This document shows, one piece after another, positions 40,301 to 51,015 of a DNA stretch of 64,000 bases. Source of the stretch: Lama guanicoe (lineage: Eukaryota); assembly GCA_013239625.1 (NCBI GenBank), contig MU053810.1, positions 4,124,071-4,188,070 of the forward strand, in the 5' to 3' direction. Position 1 is the stretch's first letter; every line of letters begins with the position of its first letter. Below the pieces are notes generated by a model. The model worked only from the letters and a program-made list of their open reading frames with translations. It was not told where the DNA came from and did not search any database. The position numbers were made by a program, and so were the translations under genes.

Positions 40301-43248
40301 CACACCAGAGTGCTATCCCTTCTTTGTAAACTTAGTTTTCTGGTGCTATGGTAACTAAGGATTGGTGTGTGTAACTCTGTGTGTGTAGCTAATTTTCCAC
40401 CTGTCCTCTGGAATTTGCCTGATAACTGAACTGCCTGGCCATAGGCATCCGGTTTGGGAGCACAACACAAGAGCATTGGGTTGTAGCCTATTAGGCCAAA
40501 TTGGCAGTGACTGGACCCCTCATGAGCTGTCCTCACATTGATTAGGGTGAAGACCAGGGTGAGTTGAGCTAACAGTTTCTTACCTTCTCAGAAAGACATA
40601 CACTCAAGTTAAATGATATGCTGCATTCTGAACAATAGTAAAATATTTGTAATACCCTCTGGACAATGCATCTGAGTTCCAAACACGAAACTTTTAAAAC
40701 AAAACTTTTCAAACATGTAAATGTCAATAGACAAACATGGAAGAATTCTTATAGAATAAAAGCAGCAAGTGATGTTTCTATAGATCATTTAAACACCCAC
40801 TCAGCTATCGACAGTTATTCTTTTGAGAATTGGTTTTTCCTTTTCTCCCCTCCCTTTCCACCTCATACAAAAAATATATGTATAAATACATACAAATAGA
40901 GAGAGTTTGTTTCACATTGATGGCATATGAATTAGTTTAAAACAGATTTTAAATTGTAGTTATTTTATACTCTTTAAAACACAATTAAAATAAGTCACCA
41001 TATATTTATGAAGTGTCTACCATTTACCAGGCACTGTGCTGGGTCCCATGGAAAGGAAGACAAAATTCCTGCCCTGGAGATTATAAATTTAGGAAGAAGA
41101 CAGATACGCAAACAACCAATCACATTAGAATGTGAAAAAAGTTACCCTGCAGGTGTGAACCAGATAGGACAGGAAATCAAGGAAGGAGCGCTCAGGCCTG
41201 CCACATTAAATAGCCCTGACTTAACTGTGGCTGCGTCAGCCAGGTTGTCATACCTGCTAATACAGCATCACTAATTAGCTGTTGACATTGAACACCGAGA
41301 AGCAAAATTGTGACCCATGTTAGAAGGTTCACATGTACCAGCACAGCTGCCACGTCACAATCTTGTTTTCAGGCTTCTTCTTTGCCAATGACTTGCTCAT
41401 TCCCACACTATTAATCTGAATTAACATTTTCAGGAACAGTGATTCCTACCCAGGAACTGCTGTTTCTGAAATGCACAGAACTAGGACCCACTTATGTAAT
41501 GCCTTCATGATGACAGGGTGTCTTTAAATTTATATATTAAAAAAATAGGACGGTTGCGAGAAGACCTGGAAGCTGGTACCCCATGTTCTTCTCTGAAATT
41601 CCCTTGTTCTATGTTCTAATTAGGAACTTGCTGCATCTTTATTTTAATTATTCTATTTATTTGTTCACTTCAACCTGTAATTAATCCACAATACTGCCTA
41701 ATTAGCTAGAATTCTAATTTTCAAATCTGGGAGTTCCTAAGATTATTAACTTTAAGGCAGTAAACCAAGATTCCATACTTGCTTCTATTTTGTTCAACTT
41801 CCTTGGAGATTCAGGATTGCAATGAAACTTTCTGCTGCTTCCACTAGGTCTGGTCCTACTTTTAGCAACTTTAAGACGTTGAAGTTACAACGTGCTTGTG
41901 GACAGGGGATCTTTTTCGCCCATTCTGTTTACTTCCCATGTCCCAGCCTCACCTTCTTCATTTTAAACAGGTGTTTCCCTGATGAGGCATCTCGGCGATC
42001 AAACAGTGCTCTGGATTCAGGAAGGAAGGCGCTTGCAGTTAAAAGGCAATTCCACTCGACCGAGGCAAAATTGCTGGCTGCTCTCTTGGTCACTGCAGTG
42101 CGAGTCTGACGCCTCGCTGCTGACAGCGCATCCGGTCGAGGCGGGAGCTCAATGCACCTTTTGCTCCCGCCTGGGCTGGGCAGAGCCGCGGGGCACAGAG
42201 GGCTGCGGGCGTACGGAGCCCCGAGCTCTGCCTCAAAGATGGCCATGTCGCAACTGAGGGACAAACGCTCCAGGGACAACCTTTAGCCTCCCTAGAACCT
42301 CTTGAAGACCCTTCATTTGGCGCCTCTGAGGAAAGTCTCTTCTATTTTGCGCCCCCCTCCCAAGGATAACTATTGAGAACGAGGAAAGCGGGGTGGACTC
42401 CTCAGGCCCCCTTCAGGACTGAGGTCCTGGAGGGTGACGAAGACTCCCACCGATGATCTCAAGGGACTCGGCTCCGCGTTCTAGCCATCACGGCCTCAGA
42501 CCCACAACCCAAGGGCAGGCTATGGCGTATCCAGAGTCCGGCCTTGGCCTGACCTCTTTCTCTGGTTCCGGGTGCGTTTGCCCAGCTACTGGAAAACTGC
42601 CCCCGGTTCACGTAGGGCGGGGAATTAGGCAGGGAAGGCCCTGTCCCTTTGATCCATTTGCGGCAACTTCTCAGTTCACCGGGGTCGCGGGCTACATGTG
42701 TGCTGGGAGTAGGCGAGAGGGTTCCTTGGCGCACCAAAGTGGGCTCCCCGCTAGGACCTTGCAGCGGGAGTAGAGGCCAGGAGGACACTGAGAGCTCCTG
42801 GTCCCCATCCCGCCTCTTCCCTACAGGAGTGTGACAGTAAACCCTCCCGCACGGTTTACTCCCCTATTCCTTCTAAATCTCTAGTGCAGCATTTTAAAGG
42901 AGTCTAGTGCATCCTCAAACTTTGGGGACTGGAAAGAGCCTGCCCAACTCCCGCTCTCCCATCGCCCCTATCGCGTTAGTCCAGTTTCTTCGGTTGCTTC
43001 CAAACTCGGTGTCCGTAGTATCGCCGCCCCAACCTGGAAGCGAGCGCCCCCGGCTGTTCACGGCCGCCCCTCGGAGCCTGTTTGCAGGGAGCTCGGTTTC
43101 TGGCTCGTCGCAGGATCCAGCTGCGGTTCCGACTGGTCCCCAGGCCTCCGAGGCCCACGCGCGCGTGCACACACGCGCTCACACTCCCGCTCACACTCGG
43201 GCGTCCTCGATCGCTGCACCCCACCCTCCGCGGGGTGGAGGGTGGGGG

Positions 43249-43256
43249 TGACGTCA
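43249..43256. promoter_or_regulatory. Full palindromic CRE (CREB/ATF site) TGACGTCA
   Basis: Exact TGACGTCA in the CpG island core, just upstream of the putative first exon. Confidence 0.6.
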
Positions 43257-43264
43257 GGACTGCA

Positions 43265-43765
43265 GTCCCGAGGAGAGCGGCTGGAGAGGGCCGCGCGCTC
43301 CTCGCCTAGGAAGCTGGAGGTGCACTGGGGCAGCCGCCGCTCCCGCGCTCCGCCCTCTCCTCTGCACCCGCTGTCACGCTGCCCGCCCTGGGGGAGCCTC
43401 GGGAGCCGCCAGGTGAAAGTCGGTTCCGAGGGAGGACGGCGAGGGTGCTGCAGTCCTGGCAGGCACTGAAACTGCAACTCGGACAGAAGCGACCCAGTGG
43501 AGCAGCAGGGCGCGCGGCCCCGTGCGCAGCCACCCCGGGCGGCGGGGGGCGGCTACCGCTCGGCTCGCCGCCCGGCGCGGCGGCCAGGACTCGGCCCCGG
43601 GACTCGGCCCCCGGGCGCGCTCGCCCGAGAGCGACCCCCCACCCTGCGCATCTCGCAGCGGCCCTCGTGTGGGGAGTGCGAGCAGGCCGGCTCCGGGTCG
43701 TCGCCGCGGAGCAGCTGCCTGTGGGAGAGCAAGAAGCGGCGAGGGGGCGGCAGCCTCGGCCCGAA
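43265..43765 (+). other. Putative non-coding first exon (5' UTR); start uncertain
   Basis: No + strand ATG between 43257 and 43765; ends at the strong donor GAA|GTAAGT (GT at 43766-43767). No downstream coding exon recognised in the window. Confidence 0.55.
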
Positions 43766-46700
43766 GTAAGTGCAGCAGAAGTTTGCATCGGTTTCCCCGC
43801 TGCTTCCCTGGAGCGAGTGGGAGGCTTATCTCCTGCCCTCGCTTTCTGAGGATAGTGAGGGCAGACTTGCGGGAGAACCTCCCCGGGAGAGAAAGTGAGC
43901 AATGACGGAGGGGCAAGGACCTGGAGGGCCAAGGGGGAGGGGTCCCGATGGTGCGAGGGGGTGCCAGAGGAGGAGACCCTCAACTGCGTTGAGGGCCGTG
44001 AAAGGAACCTGACCCTGGGGACCTCGGAAAGGGAGGCATTTGGGGAGGGTGAAGGTGGAGGTTGTCACACCTACTCTGGTGACCTTGGCGTGCCCCCCTG
44101 GAGTGGCGAGCCAGGGGCTTCTCGGAGAATGGAGACTGGTGCGCCTGTAGGAGATGGTGTGGCTTCTCACTCGGGGCTGCGCGGGGGTCATCGCTGCAGG
44201 ACGATGGAAGACGCCGGCAAGGGGAGGGAGAAGCCAGCCGCAGGCAGCGGGTGGGGACGCCGGACAGCCCAGACTCAGGGGCTCTGAGGGGGAAGTTGGG
44301 GTCCTCTGAGATGCTCCAGCCTCGACCGGGGAGACAGTGGTCTAGGGAGAAGGCAGGTGTGACGCTCCGGGTCGCTACAGTTGCTGCGGGCCGCCTGTGG
44401 GGCCTCGGTGGCTAATTCTTGTAATTGGGCAGCTTCTCTGAGGGTGACAGCGGTCGGGCCTCCCAGCTGCCACCCCCACCCCCAGCCCCGGTTGCCCTCC
44501 CGCACCGCCGCGGGTCCCCGCAGTCGTCAGGCTGTTCCCCGCGGCCGCGAGGGCCGCGGAGACGCGGTCTACTCAAGAGTCCCTCGGTTTTCTGCTCTCT
44601 TGTTCTCGCGGCACGTTCAGTTCTTTTTGGTTCCCTCTTCTCTAACTGGACTCTTGAAGGAGCTTTATTCAACCGATCAAACTTCTAATGGGGAAAAAAG
44701 TTCACGGAAGCTGCGCTCCTCCCTGGAGCAGAGCCCCGCAGAGGGCGGAAGAGGGCGGGGCGGGCAGCTGGTCCACCGTCCTCTCACCTGGGGAGGGTTC
44801 GAAGGGAATTTTGTATTGACTGGGGTGCGATTTTTCTGGAAGGGCAACGAAGGCATCGTTTTCCAGAGTAGGACCGTCAGTGCCTAGGAAACCAATATCC
44901 CCCTCAGCTTCTGGCACCAAGGGTACACATTGTGGGGTGAGGGAGATTGTTAACTAAATGCCATTTTGGGGGGGAAGTCATTCATGATGCACAGTTATTA
45001 TCCAATTTCATTTACTCAGATTCTTGCATTTATTCGTGCAAAACGCTTTATGAGGCCCAGTATGTGCCAGGCATTGTGTTACATGCTGGGGCGCTGGAAA
45101 TGATTGGTGTGTGGTCCCAGTACTCAGGGAGGCTACAGTCTGCAGGGGAAGTGGTCTGAAAAGAGGATGGAAAAAATATACATGCCTACAGGAAAGGGCA
45201 GGTGATACCTGCTTTTTACTATAGGGATTCAATTCCAGCTCCTTCACTGTGGGGTCCAACATCTGCTAGATTTTGTCTTCCCTGAAGTCAGGGACATTAT
45301 TATTCATCTTTGATGCCCAGAGGCCATCCCTGTGCCAGGCACATAGTAGGTCATCACCAAGGCCATTAAATGAAGGGCTCAGTGGATGAATTATTCATGA
45401 TGAAAAGTATTAAAGGAAAGTATCCTGCTGTATTGGGGGATTATGTAAAGAAGAAAAAGAATGAGTTGAAAGGAGAAGAAATAAAGGGAGCTGGAGAGGG
45501 CAAGAGAGAAAAGAAAACAAGATTTATAAGCATTTGAAGGTATATATTCTTTAACAAACAAGCTCTGTTTCTCATTGTCACACAGTGGAAATTAGCAGCA
45601 CCCAACTTAGTTCTTTATCTATGAAATACATGAATCTCTTTGGATATTTAGGTTACAACTTTTTTATAGCAGGGTCTTTTAATTTACCATATGGAAGTCA
45701 TAATGCCATGCTCATGTGAAAATGCAGAGAATATGGAGATTGGGATGTATCTCGGATTGTGGGACAGGTTGCTGAAAACTACTTTAGAATTCCCAAAATA
45801 ATTCCTCTGAACATCTCATAATATTCTGCTACTTTATAAGCATGTTTCTACCCCTGTCCTTTAACCATATTTAATTTAGACTTGATTAAAATATTTATAC
45901 CTAGATTTTACCACTGGAGATTAAACATATATATGTAAGACTGTCCTTGGTTTAATTATTTGAACCCAGGTTCCTGCTGCTCTCAGATAGTGGGTGGTTA
46001 CTCAAGGTGCACTCGATTTCCAAGAAAAGTGATAGAGAGTTTTTTTCCATTAATTTTATTGTACTTACTAGCGGCATACATTTTTCTTACACATACAACA
46101 GAACTACTTTTAAAAATTGGTATTTATTAATAGTAATAATAAATCAGTGATTTGAATCAAAAGTTTATAAGCAATTATCCAGGATTTAGTTATCAGAACC
46201 TTCTCAGTGATAAGTGGTTTGGGGCATTTCTAGAATTTTTGTAAACTTCATTTTTTCTACTTACAAAATAAGATGATTTTACTCAAATAATTTAATTAGG
46301 CATTTAACATCAGAATATGTCCATGGAGAGTAGTATTTTATTTGGGAAATTGTATTCTGTAGTTAATGTCATTAGTCTGGTACACCAACAGTTATGAGCA
46401 ATTTGTAATTAACAAATAGAAAAAATCCATATATTCCATTATTAGGCAGTTCATAGATGTTTTAGGACATTATCAGCGTTCTAGAAAGAGAATTGTGGCT
46501 GTGGACTATATATGGTGATTTACAATATGTTTTAGAATTAAATGTAAATAAATACTAAAAAGGGTAGCTAAACTTTGGGATTCTTTTACCGAGCACTGAA
46601 ATGTTTCTTCTGTTGTGGATATTTGATTTGGATTATTACCATAATCACGCTGTTACGTCAAGTGACTGCTTGAAGGAATCTTGCCAGAGGTACAAAGAAT

Positions 46701-47589
46701 ACATTGTACAGTGAAGAACCTTTCTTTTAGAAATATAATTAGAGTACAGAAATGCTGAGATTATATGAGTGTAGGGTTATAGATTACTGAGTTTAGAGGT
46801 TATCTAGTTCCATTTTTGCAGATGAGAAAACTGGGGCCTAAAAAGGTGAAAGGTCTAAGTTTCCCAGGATCACATTCGAATGCACCAGAGTCCCTCAGAT
46901 TGTCCATTCTAGGCTTGACAGAAAAGCACACCCTCGGGGCACCTAATCAAAGGGCCACTTGACAAATCCACCGTCCTTGGCTTTCCTCTTTTCTCTTACT
47001 CTCTCCAGTTCATAGTACCCCCCAGCCCCCCCACCTGCTCCATCTCTGAGAGGAATCCCACGTGCCCACCCCCAAGTCTTACTGTTCCTGCTGCCTTTCC
47101 AGGTCCTTCACAGGACACAGCAGCAAAGGACTTGGTCGGGCTTCCATGACTCCCAGCGCCACACACTGGTCTGCGCCTCAGCAGGCCTGTGAAATAAATG
47201 CATTGGGTGAGCCCCATATCTTGTTTCCTACATTTTGATACCAATGCACATCCTAATGTCATAGTTTCAGAGCCAGAAGGGGCTTTAGAGATCATCTAGT
47301 CTCTGTATGGGTCATCTTAAAGATGAGGGAATTCTGGTCCAGAAGAGGGTCCGTGACAGCGGTATTATAGGGCAAGGACTTCATGAATTGGTTCTGATCC
47401 TCCTTGACTGTATTCTGTTTTCACTGAGTGGGGATCCATGCCTTTGTTAACATAACCATGGGGACCCTGGAGGGAAACAACTTGTGTTGATGTCCCAACC
47501 TTGTCTCTCCCCCACTATGCAACCATGGGCAAGTTACTTTTTATTTATTAGTACAAGTTTGCTTCATTTATAAGTTATTACCTATGTCT

Positions 47590-48830
47590 GGGTAGAGACG
47601 TATTTGCATAATTACTTATTGTTTCCCCTCTAGATTGTAACTTTTATAAGAACAAGAATTGAGTATTTCTTGCTCACTGCATGTCCAACACCTAGCACAC
47701 TGGCACATCATGGACACTCAATAAACATTTGTTGAATAAAGGAATGAATGAATGTGTGTGTATAATAATTATTGAGTGAAGGACACATCATCACTTAGGT
47801 AGAACTGGAATTCTTAATATGAGCGCCATATCCTTCTAGAGGTTTGGAATCTAAAATCCTGATACCTTTGCCAACACCGCTTTCTGGATAAATGAGCCCA
47901 GGGTATGTCCTTTCCCCAGACCTACTCCTCCCATTTACTCTTCTCACCCAGTGGCAGCTGCAGTTTTCCCCCATTTTTGCTTGGCCCCAAACCCTTGGAG
48001 TCATCCTTCATGCCGCTCCTTCACAGCCAACATTCAGTTCACTCACGGATCCTGCAGCTGTGCCTGCATGAGATATTCCACACCTGACCACCTCTCACCA
48101 TCTCCCTGGCCACCAGCCTGGACTGAGCTGCCATCATCTCTTACCTGGATTATTGCAGCAGCCTCCTAACTTCTCTCTCTGCCCCCATCCTGGCCCTACC
48201 CCCAAAGTCTAGCTTCAGTACACGGCCAGGGCAAGACTAGAATGCCTGAGTCACGGAGCATTCCTCCTCTGCCTACGTTTTCCAATGTCTTCCCGTCTCT
48301 TCTCAGAGGGACAGAAAACATCCAGTGAATTAAATGAATAAGACCCCACACTATCTAGCCAATTCTGACTCTCTGGCTCCCTACACTCCGCCCAGTAACT
48401 GCTCCCACCACACCCATCACCTTCCTGTTCCTATAGTACACTGCCATGCCTGCCCCTAAGCAAGTCTGAACTTGCTGTACCCTTTTTTCTGGAATGGTGT
48501 TTCCCAGACACCTGCTTGACTCACTTCTTCACTCCTTTCACTTCTTTTCTCAAATTCTGCTTCTCAGTGAGGCCGCTCTTGGCTTCCCTATTTAAGATGA
48601 CACCCCTCTAAGTTTTTCATCCCCCTTTCCTGCACTGATTTCCCTTCGGGCTCTTGTGGCTATTAGACTCATACATTCTACCTTACTCAGGTGTTGTGTT
48701 TCCCCCACTAGAAGGCAAACTCCGTGAAGGTAGAGACTTTTCTGCTTCGTTCGATTCTGTATCCCTAGTGCCTGGATAGGCACATAGTAGGTGTTCAGAG
48801 AATATTTGTCAAACAAATAAATGGAGATAA
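47590..48830. mobile_element. L2 (LINE-2) fragments
   Basis: L2 3'-end motifs 'ctagcacactggcacatcatggacactcaataaacatttgttgaataaaggaatgaatgaat' and 'gtatccctagtgcctggataggcacatagtaggtgttcagagaatatttgtcaaac'; body motif 'ccatcatctcttacctggattattgcagcagcctcctaact'. Confidence 0.7.
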
Positions 48831-49770
48831 AATAGTGCCTGTGTCAGAGGCACAGATGAAGTGAGAAAGGGTGTTGAGTGCTGCTCATAGCTCCTAGCCC
48901 ACAGGACATGCTTAATTAGTATCAGATGCAATTATTCTGGTGCCAGCTCTGGTCTGGACTTTTTGTCCCTCCTTTGCCCAGGGCTGTGGTCAGAGGCCTA
49001 GCACTCCCAGGATCCTTAGTTGTTATTTTTGGAAATGACCTTGAAGGAGCCCCAACGGTTGTTTTTATCTGCTGCTGGAAATAATTAGGAAATAAATGTG
49101 GTTAACTGTCTAAGATATGGCTTAATCCTTTCCATGAGATGCCTTCTGGCCTGAGGCTTCTGGAAGGTTGCTGCTGTATGTTCCATCCTCAGGGGGAGAG
49201 TATCAGGTTCTCTCCTGATGTCCCTGCAGGCGCTCCTGGAATGGGGCAAGGGAGGGGGGTCTTCATCCCCTAGCGAATTGCATTGTATTCCTTAAATGGC
49301 AATGGCAGTGGGAGGCTGGGAAGAGTGGTACCCAGGGGCCAAAAGTGGAGATCAGAGCCCAATGGGGCAACTGAGCTGTTTCTGAAACATTATTTCTTAA
49401 TGGAGTCATCTAACCAAAACACAAGAAGGGCAGAGAGACTTTCTTTATAGGTCACAGGTTGGCCATTTAACTACTTTTCTTGTCTCCTAATGCTGGTTGC
49501 TTCTTGCTTGTCTTAACAGGACCATTCTCATTGGTTGCCTCCTGGCGCAACAAATTTTAGCCAAGGAGGAGTTATGAGGCCATATCAGTTAACCAATGAG
49601 ATACTAAATGAAAAAAATTAATTAAAATGACCCCTGTGAAGCTATCCCCAGGGCTTAGAATAGTCTGTGTGCTAAATATCACTCCTTAATTATAAAACTA
49701 CTGCTTAAGAATAGGCTGAAACTGTTTAAATGCACTGTTGGCTGAACTGATAGGATTTTTTTTATGATTA

Positions 49771-49877
49771 GTGGTAGCTCAGGGGTAGAGAGCATGCTTG
49801 ACGTGCATGAGGTTCTGGGTTCAAACCTCAGTACCTCCATCCAGGGGAAAGAATTAAAAATAAATTTAAAAAAAAAA
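49771..49877 (+). mobile_element. tRNA-derived SINE (diverged copy)
   Basis: 'gtagctcaggggtagagagcatgcttgacgtgcatgaggttctgggttcaaacctcagtacctcca' plus A-rich tail. Confidence 0.75.
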
Positions 49878-51015
49878 GTAGTCAAACTAAAGAGCTCCAA
49901 AAATAAGATCTTGAAAGCCAAATTTAGGAAGACTAGATTCTCTATACGTAATTATGAGTCTTGTTTTTTATGATAGTAATTGTTACCATTCATGAAGCCC
50001 TGGTTACATTCCAGCCCAGGATATTGTGAGCAGACATTGTGCCCATGTGTTCAAGTTGGGTACACTATTACATTTCTATAAAATGACTGTGCTAAGCCCT
50101 TCAGCTCGTAACTCCTGCTAGCTCAGAGCAAGTCACACTTTATGAGTTTACTCAATGGACAGTATTTTGCAATCCTGAGCATTCATAATGATTTTGCCTT
50201 AACAGAAAAATGTGTTGTGCCCATTTTTTGCTCTAGAAATGGACAGGAAGCCTTGGGTTGAGTACTTGTAGGTTACCAGATCTGTTCTTAGCATGCTCTG
50301 TGACCTTGTCCAATTTGCATTAGATTAGAGTAGCTTTTCTGGAGGCAGGAAAAGTTACCGCAGCAGCAAAAATGGGGCCAACAACCTTGAAGTACAGCCA
50401 TGAGAAATCCGGTCCTCTGTAACTGTAAGAGATGCAGCCAGAGCAACTTTTCAGGAGAGACTATGTGTATGTGTTTGTGTGTGTGCGCACGTTGGGGGAG
50501 ACAGTAGACTCTGGGATAGAAACCCCAACTATCATAACAATGAAAAGAAAGAGGGGGTGACTTTTAGCTTTCCAAACAACTGTGTACATATAATTTTTCT
50601 TTTTTTTCTTTGTGCCTAGTTCACAAACACACGTTCTAAACGTTTTTTAATAAGTAGGTTGTTTTGGAAAATTTTTTTCCCCTAGAAACAATGTTACATG
50701 TGGAATTTAGGTTCCCAGCTGCCTTGGGAAAAGCCCATTTAATTCATTGCTGAGCATTAAAAAATGATACAGTAGTTTGCTTTTTTTTATGAGAAAATGG
50801 GTCTTCATTTCTAATTAATAAAATCCTAATTTCTGTCATGTTACCCCGTGAAGATCTAGGCTGACATTTTTGTAAATAATTTCTCCCTTGGCTCTTTATT
50901 GATATATCCAACAGAATAGGAGATTATATATTACATATGCATACATTATACAATATATGTTATATACAAAATAAATAATCATTGTATTAAATAGATAATA
51001 TTGAATCTCTTTTGT

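Larger units (their letters stand above)
42090..44790. promoter_or_regulatory. CpG island, probable promoter of an unidentified + strand gene
   Basis: About 2.7 kb of GC-rich, CpG-dense, non-repetitive sequence in an otherwise CpG-depleted window; GC boxes and a perfect CRE; no recognisable protein in any frame. Confidence 0.85.

Noticed and set aside
42907..44920. Many overlapping 70-225 aa ORFs on both strands in the CpG island
   Set aside because: Pro/Arg/Ala/Gly-rich, largely non-ATG starts, no recognisable domain; expected from stop-codon scarcity in GC-rich DNA.
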